The notes below the pieces were generated by a model. The model saw only the letters and a list, made by a program, of their open reading frames with translations. It ran no database searches and was not told the DNA's origin. Source: Fidelibacterota bacterium (GTDB lineage: Bacteria > Fidelibacterota > Marinisomatia > Marinisomatales > TCS56). Taken from it: a DNA stretch of 11,369 bases. The translations under genes were made by a program, and so were the position numbers. How positions within the stretch are numbered: the first letter of the stretch is position 1; the number at the start of each line of letters is the position of its first letter. Where the stretch lies: NCBI GenBank assembly GCA_043822705.1, contig JBDRBK010000209.1:1-11369 (forward strand). Reading direction: 5' to 3'. Positions 1-7,185 of this stretch are shown here, piece by piece.

Positions 1-98
1 ATCAATTTTAACAGATTGACTTTGGCGTGGCGCCGCAACAATCGCCGAAAGGTGTCACGCAGGACGGTTATTTCATGTCCAAACATTTCTTTTTTCAT
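1..98 (-). CDS. 5' fragment of a probable magnesium transporter MgtE (runs off the window edge)
   Basis: Not in the ORF track; translated by hand. The ATG at 98-96 overlaps the CPBP stop (ATGA) and the frame stays open to base 1: MKKEMFGHEITVLRDTFRRLLRRHAKVNLLKL. The overlap supports a real gene. The MgtE call rests only on recalled resemblance to MgtE N-termini over 32 aa. Confidence 0.5.
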   Translation of the reverse strand, partial: MKKEMFGHEITVLRDTFRRLLRRHAKVNLLKL

Positions 99-889
99 CG
101 GGCGGCCTCCAAAGTTTTATGGATTAATTTGAAACCGGCTACGATCAGTCCGGCGGCCAGCAGTAACCACAGCGGTGAAACGTGGTCGCCCCACAGGAAC
201 AGGGTGGTATTCACGTTCTGAAGGTTGGTTATCAGCAGCGCCACGGCATTGTAAATTCCATGTAAAAGTATCGCCGGCAGCACCGAATCGGTCCGCCAGG
301 TCAGATATCCCAGCAATACGCCCATCAGGTAGGCCTGGACAAGCCAGAAAGGGTTCATGTGAGCCAGGGCGAAAGCCATGGCCGTAACCAAAACGGCTCT
401 GGTAACATCCTGCCAATGTTCCTCAAGAAAGCCCTGCAGATAGCCGCGAAACAGCAATTCTTCCCCGATCGGGGCCAAGATTCCCAGGCCGATGAACAGA
501 ATTATGGCGGAGAGCGCCGAGTCAACGATCAGGACCTGACCGATCTGCATCAGTGAATCGGCGGCGGGAAAGATCAGGCTGACCAGCCGGTCCAGCTCAT
601 CGGCAATGAATACCGCACCCACAGCCACCAGCACGGTGGCAAGTACGGTAACGGAACCGACCGGGTTAAGCCGCAGGCTGCGGCGAAATGAAATGCCCTG
701 GGAATGGAGATAGAACAGCAGGGGAACGGCCATGAAACCCTGACCGATGAAAATTGACAGATAGACTAATGTTTTTTCGCCGGACTCAACGCCGAAGACC
801 AGTCCCACCGTGGCCGTCAACAAGGCGGCCAGCAAAACCGAAATCAGCACGACACTGAAGGCGGTAGCTGCTGAGGGGGTCCGGTTCAT
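95..889 (-). CDS. CPBP family (CAAX/Abi) intramembrane glutamic endopeptidase
   Basis: 264 aa with many hydrophobic segments. Family motifs EELLFRG, FALAH and H-xxx-N (LHGIYN) occur in the expected order. Confidence 0.93.
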   Translation of the reverse strand: MNRTPSAATAFSVVLISVLLAALLTATVGLVFGVESGEKTLVYLSIFIGQGFMAVPLLFYLHSQGISFRRSLRLNPVGSVTVLATVLVAVGAVFIADELDRLVSLIFPAADSLMQIGQVLIVDSALSAIILFIGLGILAPIGEELLFRGYLQGFLEEHWQDVTRAVLVTAMAFALAHMNPFWLVQAYLMGVLLGYLTWRTDSVLPAILLHGIYNAVALLITNLQNVNTTLFLWGDHVSPLWLLLAAGLIVAGFKLIHKTLEAAR

Positions 890-995
890 TGGGGTCTGGT
901 TCCTGACAAATCATAACCCCGGAAATTACGGCCGGTTGAGCAGAAAGAAAATAAACTTACCAGTCTGGCGGACCCCGGTCGGTAAGTGTCGGTTG

Positions 996-1763
996 TCAGC
1001 GGCGGAGTCGGGTCAGGTATTCCAGCAGGATGCCGCCGGCCACGGCCGCATTCAACGATTCACCCCGGCCGGGCCGGGGAATGGCGAGCACCGTGTCGAT
1101 CAGTTCCCGGGTGGCAGTTGTCAGTCCGTGGGCTTCACCGCCTAGCACCAGGCACCAGCCGGCGCCGGGCGAAAAAACGTCCACCGGTGTACCGTCCATA
1201 TCGGCGCCTAATAATTGCAGTCCGGCGGACTTCAGCGTCGCTAGCGGCAGATCGGGAAACAGGTCCAGGTAAAAATGGGCGCCCATCCCGCCACGGACGA
1301 CCTTGGGATTCCAGGGGTCGACCGAGCCGGCGGACAAGCCGATATTGGTCACGTCGAACCAGGCGGCCGTGCGCAATAGCGTTCCCAGGTTACCGGGATC
1401 GACAATACCATCGAGATAGAGCCACGGTCCTGACGGCAGGCTGTCGGGAGCCTGCGGCCGGGGGGCGGGCAGCGGGCACAGGGCCAGGATGCCGGCCGGT
1501 GATACGGTATCGGCCAGTTGCGCGAGCTGCCGGTCGGGGATGACATCCCAGGAATAACCGCTGCTTTTAAGTTGGTCGATAAGCGGCCCGTGCTCGGGAT
1601 TGCCGGAAAATTCAGCGGTCAGATAGACGGCATCCAGCGGGGCGCCGGTTTCAAGGGCGGCGGCCGTCAGACGGGCGCCTTCGATAATAAACTGCCGGTA
1701 CTGGAGGCGGTATTTTTTATGAACCAGGGAGTGCGTGCGCTTGATTTCGGCCTTGGTGAGCAT
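996..1763 (-). CDS. TrmH/SpoU family RNA 2'-O-methyltransferase (SPOUT)
   Basis: N-terminal FIIEG substrate-binding domain plus SPOUT motifs DPGNLGTLLRTA, LVLGGEAHGL and IP...ESLNAAVAGGILL. Confidence 0.95.
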   Translation of the reverse strand: MLTKAEIKRTHSLVHKKYRLQYRQFIIEGARLTAAALETGAPLDAVYLTAEFSGNPEHGPLIDQLKSSGYSWDVIPDRQLAQLADTVSPAGILALCPLPAPRPQAPDSLPSGPWLYLDGIVDPGNLGTLLRTAAWFDVTNIGLSAGSVDPWNPKVVRGGMGAHFYLDLFPDLPLATLKSAGLQLLGADMDGTPVDVFSPGAGWCLVLGGEAHGLTTATRELIDTVLAIPRPGRGESLNAAVAGGILLEYLTRLRR

Positions 1764-1804
1764 GCCGGGAATTTACTGCTGATTAAAATTTTAGAATAAC
1801 ATTT

Positions 1805-1841
1805 ACCACGGAGCCAGCGAGAGTACAAAGAACACGGAGCC
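1805..1841 (+). repeat. Degenerate ~9-bp tandem array (CACNNAG-like units), left arm of an inverted pair
   Basis: Units are cacggag (1807), cagcgag (1815), tacaaag (1824) and cacggag (1833). cacggagcc occurs exactly twice. Confidence 0.5.
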
Positions 1842-2020
1842 TATTATAAACCGGGCAAACATGATTGATTGGATAATAATTCAAGTCGATGAATCGGCAC
1901 CGGACTGGTCCGTCAGGCGGGAGCGGCTTTTCTATTGAATGCCCGCCTTGACTTCCGGTAACTTCATTATTGTATTTTTAAAGATTTAATATCGGACCCT
2001 GAGGAACCTTAAAAAATAAT

Positions 2021-2046
2021 CCTGGTGACCTCCGTGTCTTTATGGT
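2021..2046 (-). repeat. Degenerate ~9-bp tandem array, right arm (inverted relative to 1805-1841)
   Basis: The reverse complement reads ac-cataaag-a-cacggag-gt-caccagg, with the same unit type and 8/9 spacing as the left arm. Confidence 0.5.
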
Positions 2047-2054
2047 TCAATAAT

Positions 2055-2061
2055 AAGGAAG
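2055..2061 (+). promoter_or_regulatory. Shine-Dalgarno-like ribosome binding site of proS
   Basis: AAGGAAG ends 4 nt before the ATG at 2066, in an AT-rich context. Confidence 0.6.
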
Positions 2062-2065
2062 TATT

Positions 2066-3535
2066 ATGTCAAAAGGTGTCACGCCCCAGAGTGAAAGTTA
2101 TTCCGCCTGGTATACCGATGTGGTGACCAAAGCCGGTCTGGCCGATTACGGTCCGGTCAAGGGAACGATGGTCATCAGACCCTACGGCTATTCGTTGTGG
2201 GAGAATATCAAGGAAATATTCGATAAAATGATCAAGGAAACCGGGCACGTGAATGCCTATTTTCCGTTGTTCATCCCGAAATCCTATCTGAGCAAGGAAG
2301 CGGACCATATTGAAGGTTTCGCCAAGGAATGCGCGGTCGTCACCCACACCCGTCTCATGGCCGGTCCCGATGGCGGTGTCATAGTTGATCCCGAATCGAA
2401 ACTGGAGGAGGAAGTAATCGTGCGTCCGACCTCTGAAACGGTGATCTGGTCGATGTACAAGAACTGGATCCAGTCCTACCGCGACCTGCCGCTGCTGATC
2501 AACCAGTGGGCCAATGTCGTGCGCTGGGAGATGCGCACTCGCCTGTTCCTGCGGACCACCGAATTCCTGTGGCAGGAAGGTCATACCGCCCACGCCACCG
2601 CCGAGGAAGCCGAGCAGGAGGCACTGCTGATCCTGGAACTGTACCGACGTCTGGCCGAAGATTACCTGGCGATACCGGTCCTGACCGGTATCAAATCAGA
2701 GTCTGAGAAATTCGCCGGAGCCGAGCATACCTATTGCATCGAAGCGATGATGAAGGATAAGAAAGCGCTGCAGGCCGGTACTTCACACAACCTGGGGCAG
2801 AATTTCGCCCGCGCTTTCGATGTCACTTTCCAGAACAAGGATAACCAGGAAGAACTGGTCTATGCCACCAGCTGGGGCGTCAGCACGCGCCTTGTAGGTG
2901 CCGTAATTATGGCTCACGGCGACGATCAGGGCCTGCGCCTGCCGCCGCGGATCGCGCCGATCCAGGTGATCGTGGTTCCAATTGCCCGCAAAGATGAGCA
3001 GAAGGACCTGGTCAAAGAATACCTGCAGCCGGTACTGGATGAACTGAAAAATATTAATGTCCGGATTCAGGTGGACTGGCGCGATGAATCGCCCGGATTC
3101 AAATTCAACGACTGGGAAATGAAGGGCGTACCGCTACGGCTGGAAATCGGCCCCCGTGATGTGGAAAACGGCCAGGCGGTGCTGGTGCGGCGCGACACCA
3201 GCGAAAAAATGATCGTCGGGAAAACCGAGCTCATCAGTTTGATTCCGGAATTGCTGGAACAGATTCAGCAGGGCCTGTTCGACCAAGCCGTTGCCCATCG
3301 CGCCGCCAACACCCACAGCGCGACCACCTACGCGGAATTCAAGTCCATTATCGCCGAGCAGGGTGGCTTTGTCCGCTGCGGCTGGGACGGAACAACCGCC
3401 ACCGAAGTGCAGATCAAGGACGAGACCAAGGCGACGATCCGCCTGATCCTGCCGGATGAAAATATCGACGGCTTGAACTGCATTTTCAGCGGGCGGCCGG
3501 CGGTTCACGAAGTTATTTTCGCCAAGGCGTATTAA
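2066..3535 (+). CDS. proS: Proline--tRNA ligase, archaeal/eukaryote-like type (no INS editing domain)
   Basis: 489 aa. Motifs RPTSE, QWANVVRWE, FLRTTEFLWQEGHT, QAGTSHNLGQNF and SWGVSTR, then an anticodon-binding domain (WEMKGVPLRLEIGPRD) and C-terminal FAKAY. Confidence 0.99.
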   Translation: MSKGVTPQSESYSAWYTDVVTKAGLADYGPVKGTMVIRPYGYSLWENIKEIFDKMIKETGHVNAYFPLFIPKSYLSKEADHIEGFAKECAVVTHTRLMAGPDGGVIVDPESKLEEEVIVRPTSETVIWSMYKNWIQSYRDLPLLINQWANVVRWEMRTRLFLRTTEFLWQEGHTAHATAEEAEQEALLILELYRRLAEDYLAIPVLTGIKSESEKFAGAEHTYCIEAMMKDKKALQAGTSHNLGQNFARAFDVTFQNKDNQEELVYATSWGVSTRLVGAVIMAHGDDQGLRLPPRIAPIQVIVVPIARKDEQKDLVKEYLQPVLDELKNINVRIQVDWRDESPGFKFNDWEMKGVPLRLEIGPRDVENGQAVLVRRDTSEKMIVGKTELISLIPELLEQIQQGLFDQAVAHRAANTHSATTYAEFKSIIAEQGGFVRCGWDGTTATEVQIKDETKATIRLILPDENIDGLNCIFSGRPAVHEVIFAKAY

Positions 3536-3580
3536 GGCAGACAAGCCGCGGCCGGTGTTGGATAAGTTAGTCCTGACGCG

Positions 3581-4267
3581 ATGATTGTGCAGACACCGGC
3601 CGTCGTGCTGAAAAGCTTTCCCTATGGCGACACCAGTCTGGTGGTCCGGTGTTTTACCCGCGATATGGGCAAGGTCAGCCTGATCGCCCGGGGCGCCCGC
3701 AGCAAGAAATCACCGCTGGGCGCCTATCTGCAACCAATGAGCTATCTGGAACTGGTATTTTATCATAAAACCACCCGCGAGCTGCAGACCATTTCCAAAG
3801 TCTCCTTTTTAGGTAGCTGGCCGGCGATACTGGGCGATCTGAAGAAAATCAGTTACGGCCTGGCAGTCGTCGAATTGACCGATAAGACGCAGCGGGACCA
3901 CGACGCCCACCAGGACCTGTTCGATCTGCTGGTGGAAGTGCTGACGACCATCAATCAGCGCCAGGAGCGCCTTAATATGGTGTTCTGGTATTTCCAGGTC
4001 CGATTGCTGTCCAGCCTGGGGTTTCGTCCCAACCTGTATGACCGGGAACTGATTGGTTTCACCCTGCCGGACCCGGCGGCGGGACCCAACAGCCGGCTGC
4101 TGATCGAAGCTTTGCTGGAACACGATCTGGCGTCACTGCCGGACCTGCCGGTCACCGCCCGCGACCGGAAGGCTATCGCCGAGTATCTGAACGCCCAGAT
4201 GCGCTACCATTTCGAGAATATTACCGAGTTGCAATCATTGAAGGTATTGAAACAAATTCTGGACTGA
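3581..4267 (+). CDS. recO: DNA repair protein RecO
   Basis: N-terminal OB-fold signature (AVVLKSFPYGDTSLVVRCFTRDMGKVSLIARGAR), a helical domain and LLSSLGFRP. The CxxC zinc motifs are absent. Confidence 0.93.
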   Translation: MIVQTPAVVLKSFPYGDTSLVVRCFTRDMGKVSLIARGARSKKSPLGAYLQPMSYLELVFYHKTTRELQTISKVSFLGSWPAILGDLKKISYGLAVVELTDKTQRDHDAHQDLFDLLVEVLTTINQRQERLNMVFWYFQVRLLSSLGFRPNLYDRELIGFTLPDPAAGPNSRLLIEALLEHDLASLPDLPVTARDRKAIAEYLNAQMRYHFENITELQSLKVLKQILD

Positions 4268-5142
4268 TGACAGCGGAAATCATATGCGGCAGACTGGTGC
4301 AGGACGACGCCCAAGCGTTCGTCGAAGACGGGCAGGGCCGGCGCCATTTCACCGATGAGCTGATCTGGGACGGCTATCTGCGGCACTGGTCCGGGCAGGC
4401 GGTCTGTGCCCGCTACCTGCCGCAGACCGATTACGACACCGGTCGGCCGATCATCATCATGTGGCCCGCTGAGGCGCCTGCCGCCGAACCGATTGTTGAG
4501 CTGTATTACAACGAGCGACTGGTCAAATATCCGGCCTCGACCTTCGGTCATGTCGCCATCAATGTGGCCGGTGAAATATTCAATTTTTCCCACCTGATCA
4601 ATGAAAATGAAGCCATGTCGCCGGAAGAATACTTTTACCGGCCGGCATTGGGGGAATTCGCCCCGTCGCCGGGCAACGGCAAATTCGAGATACTGGAAAA
4701 CGGGCGGGCTTACTACGATAAATTCGGCCGGAATTTCATGCGTACGATCCACGTCACCAGGGTCACCGGCATTGACACCGTGAGACTGGCGGCGATTTTT
4801 CATAATGAGTTGGCGGTGATTCACAATACGCCGGTCAATCCCCGGCAACCGGAGAAATACCGCGATTTTAATTTTTTCACCCGCAGTTGCGGTACGATCA
4901 TTCGGGACGGGCTGCGGCAGTACGGCTTCAGCGGTATCAGCGGTTTTCTGCCGCGGGACTTATTAGTGAGCGCCACCGCCGCTCTGTTGCGGTCCCAGGC
5001 ACAGGGGCTGGTGCGAGTGCGGCGCTACCGGATGCCGCAACTGCGGGTGCCGGAGGCGCCGCCCAGCGCATTGTCACCGTTGTTCAACCCCCGGAACCGC
5101 TGGCGATTGCGGAACTTTCCTCCGGAAGCCACATCGAAATAG
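4267..5142 (+). CDS. Hypothetical protein; predicted circularly permuted papain-like (NlpC/P60 superfamily) His/Cys enzyme
   Basis: 291-aa ORF that exactly fills the gap between recO (TGATG overlap) and the rhomboid gene (1-nt gap). STFGHVAINV (His95) precedes FNFFTRSC (Cys208), the order seen in permuted LRAT/PPPDE/DUF4105 families. No signal peptide. The gene is well supported; the fold is an inference. Confidence 0.7.
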   Translation: MTAEIICGRLVQDDAQAFVEDGQGRRHFTDELIWDGYLRHWSGQAVCARYLPQTDYDTGRPIIIMWPAEAPAAEPIVELYYNERLVKYPASTFGHVAINVAGEIFNFSHLINENEAMSPEEYFYRPALGEFAPSPGNGKFEILENGRAYYDKFGRNFMRTIHVTRVTGIDTVRLAAIFHNELAVIHNTPVNPRQPEKYRDFNFFTRSCGTIIRDGLRQYGFSGISGFLPRDLLVSATAALLRSQAQGLVRVRRYRMPQLRVPEAPPSALSPLFNPRNRWRLRNFPPEATSK

Positions 5143-5143
5143 C

Positions 5144-5968
5144 ATGCGTTACCAGTTCCAGTCCGAACATGGCCAGTTTTCCTTCCGGCCGCGGGTCTTC
5201 ACCGAAGCGATTAAAATACTGATCATTATCAATGTCGGTATTTTTATCCTGAACCTGATTGCCCGCCAGGTGATCGACCTGACGCTGGTCTTCGGTCTCT
5301 CCTCGTCAACGGTCTGGCCGCTGATCTGGCAGCCGTTCACCTACATGTTCATGCACGGCAATACCTGGCATGTGCTGATCAACATGTTTGTCCTGTGGAT
5401 GTTTGGCAGTGAACTGGAAACGATCTGGGGAAAAAAGGAATTTCTAAAATATTATTTCACCACCGGCGTCGGTTCGGGACTGATCTGGCTGTTGTTCAAC
5501 ATCGGCAATCCGCATTCGATTCTGATCGGCGCCAGCGGCGCCGTCTACGGAATTTTACTGGCCTTCGGGATGATGTTCCCCAATCGCACGGTCTATATTT
5601 ATTTTCTGTTTCCGGTAAAGGTTAAATGGTTTGTCATTTTTCTCGGCGCCATGGCCTTTGTCTCATCCCTGGGTCCGGGCAGCAATATCGCTCACCTGAC
5701 CCATCTATCGGGCATGATCATCGGCTATCTCTACCTGAAATCGGATTGGCATATGAAAAAGATGCGCTTTTCGATGCACAAGAAATTCACCGAATTCCGG
5801 ACCCAGTCCCGGGAACGCAAGGTGGAGAAGAAGACACAGTACCGGCAGGAAATCGACCAGATTCTGGATAAGATCAACCGGGTCGGCTATAACGGGCTGA
5901 CGTCGGAGGAGCGGGAACGTTTATATGAGGCCAGCCGGCGTTTGTCCCGCGAGCAGCACCGCGATTAA
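5144..5968 (+). CDS. Rhomboid family intramembrane serine protease with C-terminal DUF6576-like helical tail
   Basis: WQPFTYMFMHG, HVLINM, catalytic GASG (Ser131) and AHLTHLSG. The tail EIDQILDKINRVGYNGLTSEERERL resembles the DUF6576 pattern. Confidence 0.95.
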   Translation: MRYQFQSEHGQFSFRPRVFTEAIKILIIINVGIFILNLIARQVIDLTLVFGLSSSTVWPLIWQPFTYMFMHGNTWHVLINMFVLWMFGSELETIWGKKEFLKYYFTTGVGSGLIWLLFNIGNPHSILIGASGAVYGILLAFGMMFPNRTVYIYFLFPVKVKWFVIFLGAMAFVSSLGPGSNIAHLTHLSGMIIGYLYLKSDWHMKKMRFSMHKKFTEFRTQSRERKVEKKTQYRQEIDQILDKINRVGYNGLTSEERERLYEASRRLSREQHRD

Positions 5969-7119
5969 CGCAGCAGCAGAATCTTCTGTGTTGTTAAATC
6001 CCGGTCACCGCGCACCGCGATTATATACAGGCTGCTGGGTGCCAGCGAACCGGTCGTCAACCGGCCATCCCAAGAAAAATTATACTCGGCCGGCGGCAGT
6101 TGCCCTGCGCTGATTTGAGCTATTTCACGGCCGCCGATATCAAGAATGGAAATCCTGACCGACATCGGCCGGTTGATTGTTACCGCGAACATAGTTACCG
6201 GATTGAACGGATTGGGGTAGGCCGGTTGTAACATAAAGCCGGCGGGATTCAACCCGCTGGCGTCAGGACCAGTCGTCGCCGGATCGCCCCAGATCAGTTC
6301 GGCATAAGCGGCGTTGTCGATGAAGGGGTTGCGATTATGCTGCAGGGCATAGACCGCCTCGTTGCGGTCCAGTTCCTTCTGGCTCACCGGATCGGCGGCA
6401 TGCCATTCCACTAGCATCGCCAGCGCCCAGGGATCCAGTTGAGACCCGGTAGTCATGGGCGTATCGTCCCACCCGCCGTCTTCGCCATAGTAGCGTACCG
6501 ACATGTAAAAATAAGAACGGGCGAAATCGCCCTTGTATTCATCGATCGGCTCGAAAACAGTCCCGGAATAACCGAGATAGGAGCAACTGCCGACTTTACT
6601 GCCGTTTAACGAAGTCCACGAGACGCTGCCGACTTCGCCAAATGGATAGTTACCGCGACGGTTGTTGACATAGCCGTCGGTTGGATAGAGATGAAAAAGA
6701 TCGGTGTTCATCGGGGAGGCGTCATTAAACCAACTGCTTGGCCAGGAATGTTCCCGGTTATAGCAGGAACCCTCGCCGGAGTAATTCCCGCACTGGTTGG
6801 TTACAAACGTGTATTCGTAGGGTGGCGTGCCCCCGGGTATATCGGAATACATGTCCCAGACCTTGCCGTTGGGTTTTTTATCGGTGGACTGGAAGGCGGT
6901 CCACAGGTAAGTGTAACTCAGAACGGTGTGATCATCAATGATATTGTGCAGGGCGGCTTGCAGGGCAGTTTTGGTCAAACCGTTGGCCGGGCTGTAGTAA
7001 CCGGCCGGAACGTCTGCGCGGACCGGAATCAGCGTTAAGGCCAGCAGCAGGATGACGGCTGCGCGGCGCAGACGAGCGGTATAAATGGTATTCATGGGTA
7101 TGGCAGTCGCTTTCATCAA
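5965..7119 (-). CDS. Secreted Endonuclease I family (His-Me finger) nuclease with T9SS type-A-like/FlgD-Ig C-terminal domain
   Basis: Signal peptide (RLRRAAVILLLALTLIPVRA|D). Motifs YNREHSWP, DLFHLYPTDGYVNNRRGNYPF, EPIDEYKGDFAR and QHNRNPFID. C-terminus AYPNPFNP...WDG...QKILLLR. The true start may be the ATG at 7095. Confidence 0.92.
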   Translation of the reverse strand: MMKATAIPMNTIYTARLRRAAVILLLALTLIPVRADVPAGYYSPANGLTKTALQAALHNIIDDHTVLSYTYLWTAFQSTDKKPNGKVWDMYSDIPGGTPPYEYTFVTNQCGNYSGEGSCYNREHSWPSSWFNDASPMNTDLFHLYPTDGYVNNRRGNYPFGEVGSVSWTSLNGSKVGSCSYLGYSGTVFEPIDEYKGDFARSYFYMSVRYYGEDGGWDDTPMTTGSQLDPWALAMLVEWHAADPVSQKELDRNEAVYALQHNRNPFIDNAAYAELIWGDPATTGPDASGLNPAGFMLQPAYPNPFNPVTMFAVTINRPMSVRISILDIGGREIAQISAGQLPPAEYNFSWDGRLTTGSLAPSSLYIIAVRGDRDLTTQKILLLR

Positions 7120-7185
7120 TTAATCGTAGCAGCAGTTTAGCGGTGGCTGACCGGTTGGTGCAAGTGTCTTGAGCCGGAGCCGGGA

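Noticed and set aside
1948..1978. Sigma-70 promoter for proS (TTGACT as -35)
   Set aside because: There is no convincing -10 hexamer at 16-18 nt spacing, so it is not supportable as a feature.
48..2084. 13-bp direct repeat aaaggtgtcacgc at 48-60 and 2072-2084 as a possible att site or target duplication
   Set aside because: About one 13-mer match is expected by chance in 11 kb. Both copies lie in coding sequence and there is no integrase.
5144..5968. Rhomboid as a rhombosortase for the adjacent secreted nucleases
   Set aside because: The nucleases end in soluble beta-rich CTDs, not GlyGly-CTERM transmembrane tails, and they are on the opposite strand.
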